A stretch of DNA of 64,000 bases, from contig CAYHBZ010000002.1 in NCBI GenBank assembly GCA_964355175.1, positions 332,537 through 396,536 on the forward strand, in the 5' to 3' direction. The stretch comes from an uncultured Gammaproteobacteria bacterium. GTDB taxonomy: Bacteria; Patescibacteriota; Patescibacteriia; Magasanikbacterales; GWA2-37-8. The notes beneath the pieces are model-generated. The model saw only the letters and a program-made list of their open reading frames with translations. It was not told the origin of the DNA and searched no databases. Positions 10,610 through 19,309 of the stretch are shown here, one piece after another. Made by a program: the position numbers and the translations under genes. Positions within the stretch are counted from its first letter, which is position 1. Each line of letters opens with the position of its first letter.

Positions 10610-11995
10610 ATGGATATTGAAAAAGATTTGGAAAAATTAGAAAAGGTAGTATCGCTCTGCAAGCGTCGCGGTTTTGTTTTTCCGGGCAGTGAAATTTATG
10701 GCGGTTTGGCCAATAGTTGGGATTACGCGCCGTTGGGCCATTTGCTCAAACAAAATATCAAAAAAGCTTGGTGGAAATTTTTTGTCCAAGAGCGTAATGA
10801 TATGGTGCCGATGGATACAGCGATCATTATGAATCCCAAAGTTTGGGAAGCCTCCGGTCATTTGCAGAATTTTAGTGATCAGTTGGTAGAATGTAAAAAA
10901 TGTCATCATCGTTTTCGTCCGGATCATTTGCTCGAAGCTATTAGTATGCGTCCGGAATACGATAAAGCCAAAGTACTTTCACTCTCCGATGTAAAATGTC
11001 CGGATTGTGATGGTGCACTTACTGAGCCAAAAAGTTTTAATTTGATGTTTAAAACTTTTTTGGGTACCAATGAAGACAGTGCTACTACCGCTTATTTGCG
11101 TCCGGAAACTGCCGCCGGTATGTTTGTAAATTTTAAAAATGTTCAGAATGTGACTCGTCGCCGTTTGCCATTTGGTATCGCCCAAATCGGTAAATGTTTT
11201 CGCAACGAAATTACTCCGGGTAATTTTATTTTCCGAACCCGTGAATTTGAAATTGGTGAATTTGAATATTTTATCAACCCTAAAGATTGGGAAAGTGTAT
11301 TTGAAATGTGGCTTGGTGAAATTAAACGCTGGTGGAAAGATATCATGCAGATCAATATGGATAATCTAGTGTGGCATGAAATCGAAGACGGCGAACGCGC
11401 TCACTATAGCAAACGCACGGTGGATATCGAATACAAATATCCGTTTGGTGTGAAAGAATTGCACGGTATCGCTTATCGCACCGATTTTGATTTGAGTCGT
11501 CACGAAAAGGTGAGTGGTCAGGATTTGCATTATACCGATCCGGAAACACAAGAGAAATTTTTACCACATGTGATTGAGCCAACTTTTGGTATTGATCGTA
11601 TGCTTTTGGTTTGTTTGCTTGAAGCTTATACCGAAGAGCAAGCGCCCACTAGCGAAGCCGGTGAAACCGAAGCTCGTGTCGTAATGAAATTCCCAAAGAA
11701 ATTAGCGCCAATTCAGGTGGCCGTATTGCCGCTCTCGAAGAAAGAAGAATTATCTTCGGTGGCTCGCGAAGTGGCCAATGAATTGCGTAAAAATTTCAGC
11801 GTGGATTATGATGAAACTCAGAGTATCGGTAAGCGCTATCGTCGCCAAGATGAAATTGGTACACCGTATTGTGTGACTTTTGATTTTGAATCACTCGAAG
11901 ATAAGAAAGTGACGGTGCGTGATCGTGATACTATGGCTCAAGAAAGAATCGAGATCGCCGAATTAACCAAATATTTGCAAGGCAAATTTGAGTAA
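10610..11995 (+). CDS. glyQS: Glycine--tRNA ligase (alpha2 type)
   Basis: KRRGFVFPGSEIYGG, YLRPETA, FRNEITP, SIGKRYRRQDEIGTP. Confidence 0.96.
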   Translation: MDIEKDLEKLEKVVSLCKRRGFVFPGSEIYGGLANSWDYAPLGHLLKQNIKKAWWKFFVQERNDMVPMDTAIIMNPKVWEASGHLQNFSDQLVECKKCHHRFRPDHLLEAISMRPEYDKAKVLSLSDVKCPDCDGALTEPKSFNLMFKTFLGTNEDSATTAYLRPETAAGMFVNFKNVQNVTRRRLPFGIAQIGKCFRNEITPGNFIFRTREFEIGEFEYFINPKDWESVFEMWLGEIKRWWKDIMQINMDNLVWHEIEDGERAHYSKRTVDIEYKYPFGVKELHGIAYRTDFDLSRHEKVSGQDLHYTDPETQEKFLPHVIEPTFGIDRMLLVCLLEAYTEEQAPTSEAGETEARVVMKFPKKLAPIQVAVLPLSKKEELSSVAREVANELRKNFSVDYDETQSIGKRYRRQDEIGTPYCVTFDFESLEDKKVTVRDRDTMAQERIEIAELTKYLQGKFE

Positions 11996-12000
11996 TTATT

Positions 12001-13290
12001 ATGTATAAAGTTCAAAAATTAAAAAATAAAATTACTCTGATCACGGTACCGCTTTCGGGTACCAAGGCTACTACTGTGCTCGTGATGGTGCCGGTAGGTT
12101 CGCGCTATGAGCACGAAAAAATTTCCGGCATCTCACATTTTGTAGAGCATGTGATGTTCAAAGGCACACATAAACGTCCAACCGCGCAAGATATTTCCCG
12201 CGTATTGGATGCGGCGGGAGCGGACTATAATGCTTTTACTAATAAAGACTATACCGGTTATTATGTTAAAATCGATTCTGCTCAACAGCGCCTCGCTTTT
12301 GATTTGATGGGGGATATGTTATTTAATTCCAAGTTTGAAGCGGTAGAAATTGAAAAAGAAAAAGGCGCAATTGTGGAAGAGTTGCGCATGTATGAAGATA
12401 ATCCTACAATGAATTTAGATACAGTTTATGAAAAACTGTTATTTGGCGATTGTCCTTTGGGTTGGGATGTCGGTGGTACAGAAAAAAGCGTACGCGGTAT
12501 TACTCACAGTGACATGTGGAATTATTATCAATCGGCTTATAAACCAGACAATATGGTATTGGTGGTGGCCGGTAAAATTGATAAAAAATTAAAAAATAAT
12601 TTGAAGTTTTTTGTAAATGACGATTATAAAAAGAATAAAACTAAGCAATCCATAAAGAAAGACACCTTTAAGAAATTTGCTTGGCCAAAAAATTTACCTT
12701 CTTTAAATGGTAGAGTAACGGTAAAAGAAAAAAAATTAGACCAGTCGCATGTGATCGTGGGTTTTCCTGGTTTATCACTAAATCATCCGGATAGATATGT
12801 GGCCACCGTATTGCTCAATATTTTGGGAGGCGGTATGAGCTCTCGTTTATTTGTGGAAGTGCGTGAAAAACGCGGGTTGGCCTATATGGTGCGAGCGGCC
12901 AGCAGTAATTATCGCGATGTCGGTACTATGTATGTTCAGGCCGGTTTGGATCCGGCGCGTTTGGCGGAAGCGATTCAAGTAATCCGTGCCGAACTGCAAC
13001 GCATAGTAAATGAGCCAGTAACAGAGAAAGAATTGGCCGATGCCAAGAGTAGTATTTGTGGACGAATGACTTTGGGCATGGAAGAATGTAGCTCTCAGGC
13101 CGAATGGTTTGCCAAGCAGTTTTTATTTTCCGATAAAATTAACACTTACGAAGAGGTGCTTGAAAAAATAAAAAAAGTTACGATAAAAGATGTCCAACGC
13201 GTCGCCGATAAAATTTTTGATTGGAAAGAAGTGCGAGCGGCCGCGATTGGTACTGTAAAAAAAGAAGATTTAATTAAAATTTTAAAATAA
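12001..13290 (+). CDS. M16 family zinc peptidase
   Basis: GISHFVEHVMFKGT (HxxEH); GGGMSSRLFVEVREKRGLAY. Confidence 0.93.
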   Translation: MYKVQKLKNKITLITVPLSGTKATTVLVMVPVGSRYEHEKISGISHFVEHVMFKGTHKRPTAQDISRVLDAAGADYNAFTNKDYTGYYVKIDSAQQRLAFDLMGDMLFNSKFEAVEIEKEKGAIVEELRMYEDNPTMNLDTVYEKLLFGDCPLGWDVGGTEKSVRGITHSDMWNYYQSAYKPDNMVLVVAGKIDKKLKNNLKFFVNDDYKKNKTKQSIKKDTFKKFAWPKNLPSLNGRVTVKEKKLDQSHVIVGFPGLSLNHPDRYVATVLLNILGGGMSSRLFVEVREKRGLAYMVRAASSNYRDVGTMYVQAGLDPARLAEAIQVIRAELQRIVNEPVTEKELADAKSSICGRMTLGMEECSSQAEWFAKQFLFSDKINTYEEVLEKIKKVTIKDVQRVADKIFDWKEVRAAAIGTVKKEDLIKILK

Positions 13291-13295
13291 AATAT

Positions 13296-14072
13296 ATGGC
13301 TAAAACCAATATTTATCTTTTCGCCAACTGGAAGATGTATTTGGATTTGCCAGAAAGTGAAAAGCTCGCAAAAGACTTTGCTAAGCTAGCTAAAAAATTG
13401 CCAAAGCAAATTAAAATGGCGGTTTTTCCAAGCGCCTTGGCTTTTGCTACCGCGGTGAAAGTATTGAAAAAAACTACGGTTGGCGTAGGGGCGCAGAATG
13501 TTTATTTTGAAGACAAAGGTGGTTTTACCGGGGAAGTATCGGCGGTCATGTATGGAAATAATGGCGCTAAGTATGCCTTGGTGGGCCATTCGGAACGCCG
13601 TCATCTTTTTCACGAAACCAATCACGAGGTGAGAATGAAAATGGAAGCTTTGCTCAGTGCCGGCATAGTGCCTGTATTGTGTGTGGGCGAAACTGCTGGG
13701 GAAAGAGAAAATCAAAAAACTGAAGATACTATTGAGATTCAATTGCGTGCCGCTTTGCATGCTTTGAGTTGGAGCAAAAACGCCAAATTAATTATCGCTT
13801 ACGAGCCGGTGTGGGCAATAAGCAAAGGCTCCGGTGTAGATGAGGCTGGCAAACATTGTGATCCGCTAGAAGCTGAACGGGTGCATGAATTTATCAAAAA
13901 GACCGTTTCGCAATTATTAAAAGATGTTGAATCGATTGTTTTATTTGGAGGAAGTGTGCGTGCCAACACCACCAAAGAATATTTAGAACAACCAAGTATT
14001 GATGGTGTTTTGGTTGGTGCCGCTTCTACCCACCTTGACAGTTGGAGAGAAATCACGCACAATGCCAGCTAA
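13296..14072 (+). CDS. tpiA: Triosephosphate isomerase
   Basis: ANWKM, GHSERR, AYEPVWAI, GGSV. Confidence 0.97.
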   Translation: MAKTNIYLFANWKMYLDLPESEKLAKDFAKLAKKLPKQIKMAVFPSALAFATAVKVLKKTTVGVGAQNVYFEDKGGFTGEVSAVMYGNNGAKYALVGHSERRHLFHETNHEVRMKMEALLSAGIVPVLCVGETAGERENQKTEDTIEIQLRAALHALSWSKNAKLIIAYEPVWAISKGSGVDEAGKHCDPLEAERVHEFIKKTVSQLLKDVESIVLFGGSVRANTTKEYLEQPSIDGVLVGAASTHLDSWREITHNAS

Positions 14073-14074
14073 TT

Positions 14075-14977
14075 ATGTTGATTAATATCCTATTTTTATT
14101 GGTCATAGTGGCGTGTCTGGCCGTAATTGGTTATATTATTTGGAGTAAAATTCCACAAATTTCCAATTTGGATACTGTCAATTTACCTCAAGAAAAAACC
14201 AATCGCAAGAAAAATGAAATTATTTTGCGTCGTTTGGATGTGAAATCTCATGAGACCAAGCAAAAATTGGGACAGAAACTAAAACCCCTTCAAACGGTGT
14301 GGGGACAGATTCAGCTCAAGTTTAGAATTTATGTCGGTAAAATAGAGCGTTTACTTCATCATGAGCAGATGGTCAAAACCAAAAAAGAGCATAGTCAGCT
14401 CAGTAATGAAGAGCTAATAATCAAATTAAAAAGTTTGATTCAGGAGGGTGCGCAGTATTTGGAAAGTGGCAGTTTTGATCAGGCCGAACAAGCCTTTATC
14501 GGCGCTATCAAAATTGATGCCAAATCAGCCGACGCTTATCGCGGTTTAGCCGAAACTTATTTGCGCCGTGGTGCCAAAGAAGAAGCAAAACAAACTTTTA
14601 TATTTTTGCTCCAGCTTGAACCGGAAAATGACGCGGTAATGGTGCGGTTGGCTCAGATGGCTGAGGAGGATAACGATGTATATGAGGCGATTGAGTACTA
14701 TCAATTGGCCGTAGTGGCCAACGATGCACTTTCGCCACGCTTTGCCCATTTGGCTGAGTTGCTACTAAAAGTAGATCAAAATGAGATTGCCAAAGAGGCA
14801 ATAATGCAGGCGGTAGAATTGGAACCACAAAACCCAAAATATCTTGACTTTCTACTTGAAACTGCTATACTATGTCAAGATAAGAAATTGGCTACTGAGG
14901 CTTTTTCTAAATTACGCATGTCAAATCCGGAAAATTCGAAGTTGCCCGAGTTCAAATATCGCATTGACAGTTTATAA
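14075..14977 (+). CDS. Membrane-anchored TPR protein
   Basis: N-terminal TM followed by several TPR-like repeats (AIKIDAKSADAY, AVELEPQN). Confidence 0.85.
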   Translation: MLINILFLLVIVACLAVIGYIIWSKIPQISNLDTVNLPQEKTNRKKNEIILRRLDVKSHETKQKLGQKLKPLQTVWGQIQLKFRIYVGKIERLLHHEQMVKTKKEHSQLSNEELIIKLKSLIQEGAQYLESGSFDQAEQAFIGAIKIDAKSADAYRGLAETYLRRGAKEEAKQTFIFLLQLEPENDAVMVRLAQMAEEDNDVYEAIEYYQLAVVANDALSPRFAHLAELLLKVDQNEIAKEAIMQAVELEPQNPKYLDFLLETAILCQDKKLATEAFSKLRMSNPENSKLPEFKYRIDSL

Positions 14978-14982
14978 AATAA

Positions 14983-15055
14983 GCCGTTGTAGCTCAGTTG
15001 GTAGAGCATTTCCATGGTAAGGAAAAGGTCTCGGGTTCAAATCCCGACAACGGCT
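14983..15055 (+). tRNA. tRNA-Thr(GGT)
   Basis: Cloverleaf GCCGTTG...CAACGGC; anticodon arm TTTCC-ATGGTAA-GGAAA; T-loop GTTCAAATC. Confidence 0.95.
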
Positions 15056-15094
15056 CAAGTGAGCCTCTACTTAGATTCTCACATACCAAATTAT

Positions 15095-15170
15095 GCCGGC
15101 TTAGCTCAGTTGGTAGAGCAACGGTTTTGTAAACCGTAGGTCTAGGGTTCGAATCCCTAAGCCGGCTCCA
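15095..15170 (+). tRNA. tRNA-Thr(TGT)
   Basis: Anticodon arm ACGGT-TTTGTAA-ACCGT; encoded CCA end. Confidence 0.96.
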
Positions 15171-15228
15171 AGTTTCGTCCTTTTTCAATTTATATGGTAT
15201 AATGTAGGTGATACACACCAGTTGCTTT

Positions 15229-15837
15229 ATGCCACAAAAAACTATTACAACAGAACAAGAAAAGTTAGTAAAGAATTTGTATATTCATGGAAAGATGGGG
15301 AAAGAAATTTCTTCCATCTCCGGCTTGTCTTTGAAACAAATATATAGTTCTCTCCGCCGTCAGAAAGTTCCAAGAAAAAGTTTGGCTGAACAAAATAAAA
15401 TTTTGTTTGAGAAAAAATTACCATCATTTAGGTTTAAAGAAAATTTAAATTTAAAAGACAGAGAACTCTTGATAGCGGCGATTATGTTGTATTATGGAGA
15501 AGGAGCCAAAACAGGAGTTACGGTAGATTTTATAAATTCAGATGTGCTGGTGGTAAAATTATTCTTAAAATTTTTGAGAAAAATTTGTCGAGTAAATGAA
15601 GATAAAATAAGATGTTACCTCTATTGTTTTGAAGATCAAAATATAAATGAATTAATAAATTATTGGTCGTCTCAATTAAAAGTTGGAAGGACACAGTTTA
15701 CCAAGCCTTATGTCCGTCCAAATGTTAATCGAGGCAATAGATCAATGCCTCATGGAGTGATACATGTTCGTTACGGAGATAAAAAGTTATTAGAGAAAAT
15801 TTTATATCTTTGCAAAGAACTAGTTAGCTCTTTATAA
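15229..15837 (+). CDS. HTH plus LAGLIDADG-like protein, free-standing in a tRNA cluster
   Basis: N-terminal HTH-like segment; AAIMLYYGEG helix followed by VDFINSD, as in single-motif LAGLIDADG folds; AT-rich; TGGTATAAT promoter upstream. Confidence 0.55.
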   Translation: MPQKTITTEQEKLVKNLYIHGKMGKEISSISGLSLKQIYSSLRRQKVPRKSLAEQNKILFEKKLPSFRFKENLNLKDRELLIAAIMLYYGEGAKTGVTVDFINSDVLVVKLFLKFLRKICRVNEDKIRCYLYCFEDQNINELINYWSSQLKVGRTQFTKPYVRPNVNRGNRSMPHGVIHVRYGDKKLLEKILYLCKELVSSL

Positions 15838-15843
15838 AAAATT

Positions 15844-16118
15844 GGGCAGATACCAAAGTGGCTAACTGGGGCAGACTGTGAACAATTGCAGCTCTTAGAG
15901 GTAACTCTAGGATGAACTCTCTGGGATAACGGTGAAAGCTAATGGGGGTGCTAATACCGTGGGAACTTCGCAACGTGCGGAGAGCGCCGTAGAGACTAGA
16001 TACCAGAGTATCCCGATTCAGTTGGGATAAAGATATAGTCCATGCCGTAAGGAAACTTATGGATAAGTGAAATCTGCTGGCTCCGCCTTCGTAGGTTCGA
16101 ATCCTACTCTGCCCACCA
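15844..16118 (+). tRNA. tRNA-Tyr(GTA) split by an intron (exons 15844-15879 and 16070-16118)
   Basis: Joined exons give GCAGA-CTGTAAA-TCTGC anticodon arm, long variable arm, GTTCGAATC T-loop, GGGCAGA/TCTGCCC acceptor stem and ACCA. Confidence 0.93.
15880..16069 (+). ncRNA. Group I intron (190 nt) in the tRNA-Tyr anticodon, site 35/36
   Basis: Exon ends in U pairing with GCAG (P1); P3 CTCTGG/CCAGAG; R element CGTAGAGACTA; S element AAGATATAGTCC; P9 with GAAA loop; terminal G. Confidence 0.92.
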
Positions 16119-16139
16119 AAGTAAATTTAATAAATATAT

Positions 16140-16292
16140 ATGTCACAAGACAGATTGGCGAAAATGGAATGCTCGGCTTGTAAGCGTGTGAATTCTTTCA
16201 CTACACGCAACAAAAAGATTAAGACTCGTTTGTTGCTGAACAAGCATTGCAAATCCTGCGTGAAACACACTGAACACAAAGAGACCAAATAA
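16140..16292 (+). CDS. rpmG: 50S ribosomal protein L33 (Zn-binding type); missing from the ORF track
   Basis: MSQDRLAKMECSACKRVNSFTTRNKKIKTRLLLNKHCKSCVKHTEHKETK, two CxxC motifs. Confidence 0.95.
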   Translation: MSQDRLAKMECSACKRVNSFTTRNKKIKTRLLLNKHCKSCVKHTEHKETK

Positions 16293-16301
16293 ATTTGGTT
16301 T

Positions 16302-17078
16302 ATGAGTTTTTTTAACTCGCTTTACAACAGTTTGTACAACTTTAAATGGCTCCGTCAGCAAAAAGATAATACTAGCTGGGCTTGGGGCTATTTTTTTCTA
16401 TTAACTTTTTTGGTGGCTGGGTTGGTAGTTATACCCACTGCCTTTAAATATTTCTCTGAAGCGCCGGCTTGGAAGACAAAGATGATCCAAGAAGTACCTG
16501 AATTTCAAGCAACAATAAAAAATGGACAACTTAGTGTGACAGGATTGTCCCAACCTTATATTAAAAAATATAATCAGATGGTGATAGTGGTGGATACGGT
16601 TTCCACCGGCACTTTGTCCGTGAAACAGTTCGTGGGCTCAGATAAAGAAACCGGAATTTTGGCCACCAAAGATCGTATGGAATTTTATAATCCGCAGGAT
16701 CAAAGTGTGAATGTTCAAAATTTTAGTTCAATTGATGGTTTCACTACCGATCGTGCCGGTGTATTGAATAATGTTGATAAGATTCTTAGTCGCCGAATGT
16801 TAAGTTTGTTTACTTTGGTATTTGCTATTATAATATTGTTGTATTTGGTTCTTGGTAATTTGCTCAATGTGCTGTTTATTGGTCTGGTATTTTTTCACTG
16901 GAGCAAAAAACGTAATTTGGGATATACCTTTAAACAGATATTTACAGTTGGGTTATTCGCGGTTACTTTGCCATTAATTTTGGATCAACTTGTTGTCGGT
17001 ATTCCGTTTATTAGTCTGGCTTGGTCAATATTGTTTGGTTTCATTTTGTACTGGTCGCTGTTCAAGAGTGAAAAATAA
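16302..17078 (+). CDS. DUF1189-like membrane protein
   Basis: N-terminal TM, soluble loop (FQATIKNGQL), three C-terminal TMs. Confidence 0.65.
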   Translation: MSFFNSLYNSLYNFKWLRQQKDNTSWAWGYFFLLTFLVAGLVVIPTAFKYFSEAPAWKTKMIQEVPEFQATIKNGQLSVTGLSQPYIKKYNQMVIVVDTVSTGTLSVKQFVGSDKETGILATKDRMEFYNPQDQSVNVQNFSSIDGFTTDRAGVLNNVDKILSRRMLSLFTLVFAIIILLYLVLGNLLNVLFIGLVFFHWSKKRNLGYTFKQIFTVGLFAVTLPLILDQLVVGIPFISLAWSILFGFILYWSLFKSEK

Positions 17079-17083
17079 AATTT

Positions 17084-17155
17084 AGGTCCATAGTTTCAAT
17101 GGTAAAACATCGGTCTCCAAAACCGAGGTTCTCGGTTCGAATCCGAGTGGGCCTG
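17084..17155 (+). tRNA. tRNA-Trp(CCA)
   Basis: AGGTCCA/TGGGCCT acceptor stem; TCGGT-CTCCAAA-ACCGA anticodon arm. Confidence 0.95.
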
Positions 17156-17264
17156 CAATGTAAAATACCAGCTTTATTAGGCTGATATTTTTTATTTTAC
17201 TTTTAGTATTTTTGATGTTAGAATTAAATTCTAAAGTTCCAGTCGTATCTAGATATTATAGGCT

Positions 17265-17693
17265 ATGTTTACAAAAAATACATACGATCTTCCAATTGAT
17301 CTAAATAAAGTCACCAAAATTTCCAAAGAGGGAATTGCTCATGTTGGTGACCTGATAAATTCTATTGATTATGACGCACCCGACGGAACGCCAGTTTTGG
17401 CTTCTCTTGATGGGGTGGTTATCTTCGTAAAAGATGATTCCAATATTGGCGGCGAAGATAAAAAATTTGAAAATGATGGTAACTATATCGAAATACTTCA
17501 TGAAAACAACGAGGTGTCCGAATATGAACATTTGCTTTTTCAATCAGCAAAAGTTAAAGTGGGGGATATAGTTAAAACAGGACAACCAATCGCAGAAGTT
17601 GGCAACACCGGTTGGAGTGAATGTCCACACTTACATTTTATGGTTTATCCTAAAGGTCAAGAATATAAAACTTTAGAAATCAAATGGCATTAA
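17265..17693 (+). CDS. M23 family peptidase domain protein
   Basis: IDYDAPDGTPV, GNYIEILH, VGNTGWSECPHLHF. Confidence 0.9.
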   Translation: MFTKNTYDLPIDLNKVTKISKEGIAHVGDLINSIDYDAPDGTPVLASLDGVVIFVKDDSNIGGEDKKFENDGNYIEILHENNEVSEYEHLLFQSAKVKVGDIVKTGQPIAEVGNTGWSECPHLHFMVYPKGQEYKTLEIKWH

Positions 17694-17701
17694 AATATTT
17701 T

Positions 17702-17923
17702 ATGATTGATATTTACAAAATACTAGAAGATCAAAAAATTCCATTTATTCGTTATGATCATCCAGCAGTTTTTACTGCCGGAGAAGCGGAAGAAAAATGC
17801 AATGATATTCCAGGAGGGCATATCAAAAATTTATTTTTACGTAATCGAAAAGGTGATAAGCATTATCTGGTAATTGTGGATTTGCAAAAGCAAATAGATT
17901 TAAAACAACCAAACAATCAATGA
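17702..17923 (+). pseudogene. Truncated ProX/YbaK-type prolyl-tRNA editing protein
   Basis: HPAVFT...KNLFLRNRKG...IDLKQ then an early stop at 73 aa, about half the usual length. Confidence 0.75.
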
Positions 17924-18015
17924 GCTGGTATATGCACCGTCGTATGATGAATTCGGACAGACGGCTTTTGGTTGTTCATTAATTGTTAGATATCATGTTT
18001 AACTTTCGGAAAACT

Positions 18016-18044
18016 AAATAGCCTCTCTGTCTGGGAGGCTATTT
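18016..18044. terminator. Bidirectional intrinsic terminator
   Basis: AAATAGCCTCTC-TGTCT-GGGAGGCTATTT. Confidence 0.7.
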
Positions 18045-18340
18045 TATTTAAAAGTTTTCCGATCTAATATGACATCGACAATTCCATCTCAAAATAACAG
18101 ACAAAATGATATCATAATTGACCCGCCGTTTATTATTGCGCAAATAATTTCTATCGTTGCCAACCAAATGGGGAACGGGTATAAAGAAGTCTTGGCTATT
18201 AACATTTTTCTCTTACTTTTAGCCAAGTTATTCTTTGTTTTGACAAATAAAATCAATAAGTAACGACCACTATTCCGCCTTTCTTTTTTTTGGTATAATA
18301 AGTATCATCTGTCCTTTGGACTTAAAATGACTATATAAAT

Positions 18341-19309
18341 ATGTACGATATTTTATCAATTGGCGGCACTGCTCTAGATGTATTTTTGGAGTTGCATGAA
18401 GCGACGGTAAATTGTCGTATCGATAATACCGCTTGTCAGCTTTGTTTAAATTTTGCCGACAAAATTCCAGTAGAAAAAGTGACCAATGTTCCTGGAGTTG
18501 GCACCGCGCCAAATAACGCCGTGGGTAGCGCTAGGCTCGGACTAAAGGCCGCTTTGTATACCGTGATTGGCAACGATTCGCCAGGAGAGGACAGTGTGGA
18601 TGTTTTTAAAAAAGAAAAAGTTGCCACAAAATATGTAATGGTGGATAAAAAGAATCGCACTGATTATTCTTCAATTTTAAGTTTTAAAGGGGAGCGCACG
18701 CTTTTAACTTTTCAAGTACCCAGAAAATATAGTCTGCCCGCTGGCGTAAAAACTAAATGGATGTTTTTGGGTGCCTTGCCAGACGGACATGAATTGTTAC
18801 ATTCTCAAGCGGTAAAAAAAGCCAAAAAAGATAAGGTTAAAATTGGATATAATCCAGGGGCACATGAATTGCGCGATGGGATTGATGGTATGAGAAATTT
18901 ATTGTCGGTGCTCGAAGTATTTATCGTGAACAAAGAAGAAGCCTGGCGTTTGGTGGGAAAAGAAGAAGATATAAAAATTTTATTGACCAAGCTGAGAAAG
19001 TACGGTCCAAAAATAGTGATAGTGACCGACGGTAAAAACGGCGCCACTTGTTTTGATGGTGATAATTTTTATCATCAATCTATTTTCAATGTGCCGGTGG
19101 TAGAAAAAACCGGAGCCGGCGATGCCTTTGCTACCGGTTTGGTGGCGGCGCTGATACAGGGGCGCGATATTAAAACAGCTCTGCGCTACGGTGCGGCCAA
19201 TTCGGCTAGCGTAGTGGGATATGTTGGTGCCCAACAAGGGCTTCTGACCAAATCGCAGATGAAGAAATTTCTGGACGCCCACAAAGAAATTTACGCGAAA
19301 ATAATTTAA
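18341..19309 (+). CDS. PfkB-family carbohydrate kinase
   Basis: AVGSARLGL; EKTGAGDAF signature. Confidence 0.92.
   Translation: MYDILSIGGTALDVFLELHEATVNCRIDNTACQLCLNFADKIPVEKVTNVPGVGTAPNNAVGSARLGLKAALYTVIGNDSPGEDSVDVFKKEKVATKYVMVDKKNRTDYSSILSFKGERTLLTFQVPRKYSLPAGVKTKWMFLGALPDGHELLHSQAVKKAKKDKVKIGYNPGAHELRDGIDGMRNLLSVLEVFIVNKEEAWRLVGKEEDIKILLTKLRKYGPKIVIVTDGKNGATCFDGDNFYHQSIFNVPVVEKTGAGDAFATGLVAALIQGRDIKTALRYGAANSASVVGYVGAQQGLLTKSQMKKFLDAHKEIYAKII

Noticed and set aside
14994-15218. 74-aa minus-strand ORF
   Set aside because: Antisense shadow of two tRNA-Thr genes
17904-17976. AACAACCAAA/TTTGGTTGTT inverted repeat as a riboswitch or MITE
   Set aside because: Only 10 bp of low-complexity sequence, with no aptamer motif and no second copy
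18069-18263. Short ORFs on both strands; possible TGA read-through (code 25)
   Set aside because: No recognisable product; conserved genes here (ligA, pilM) end in TGA, so code 11 applies
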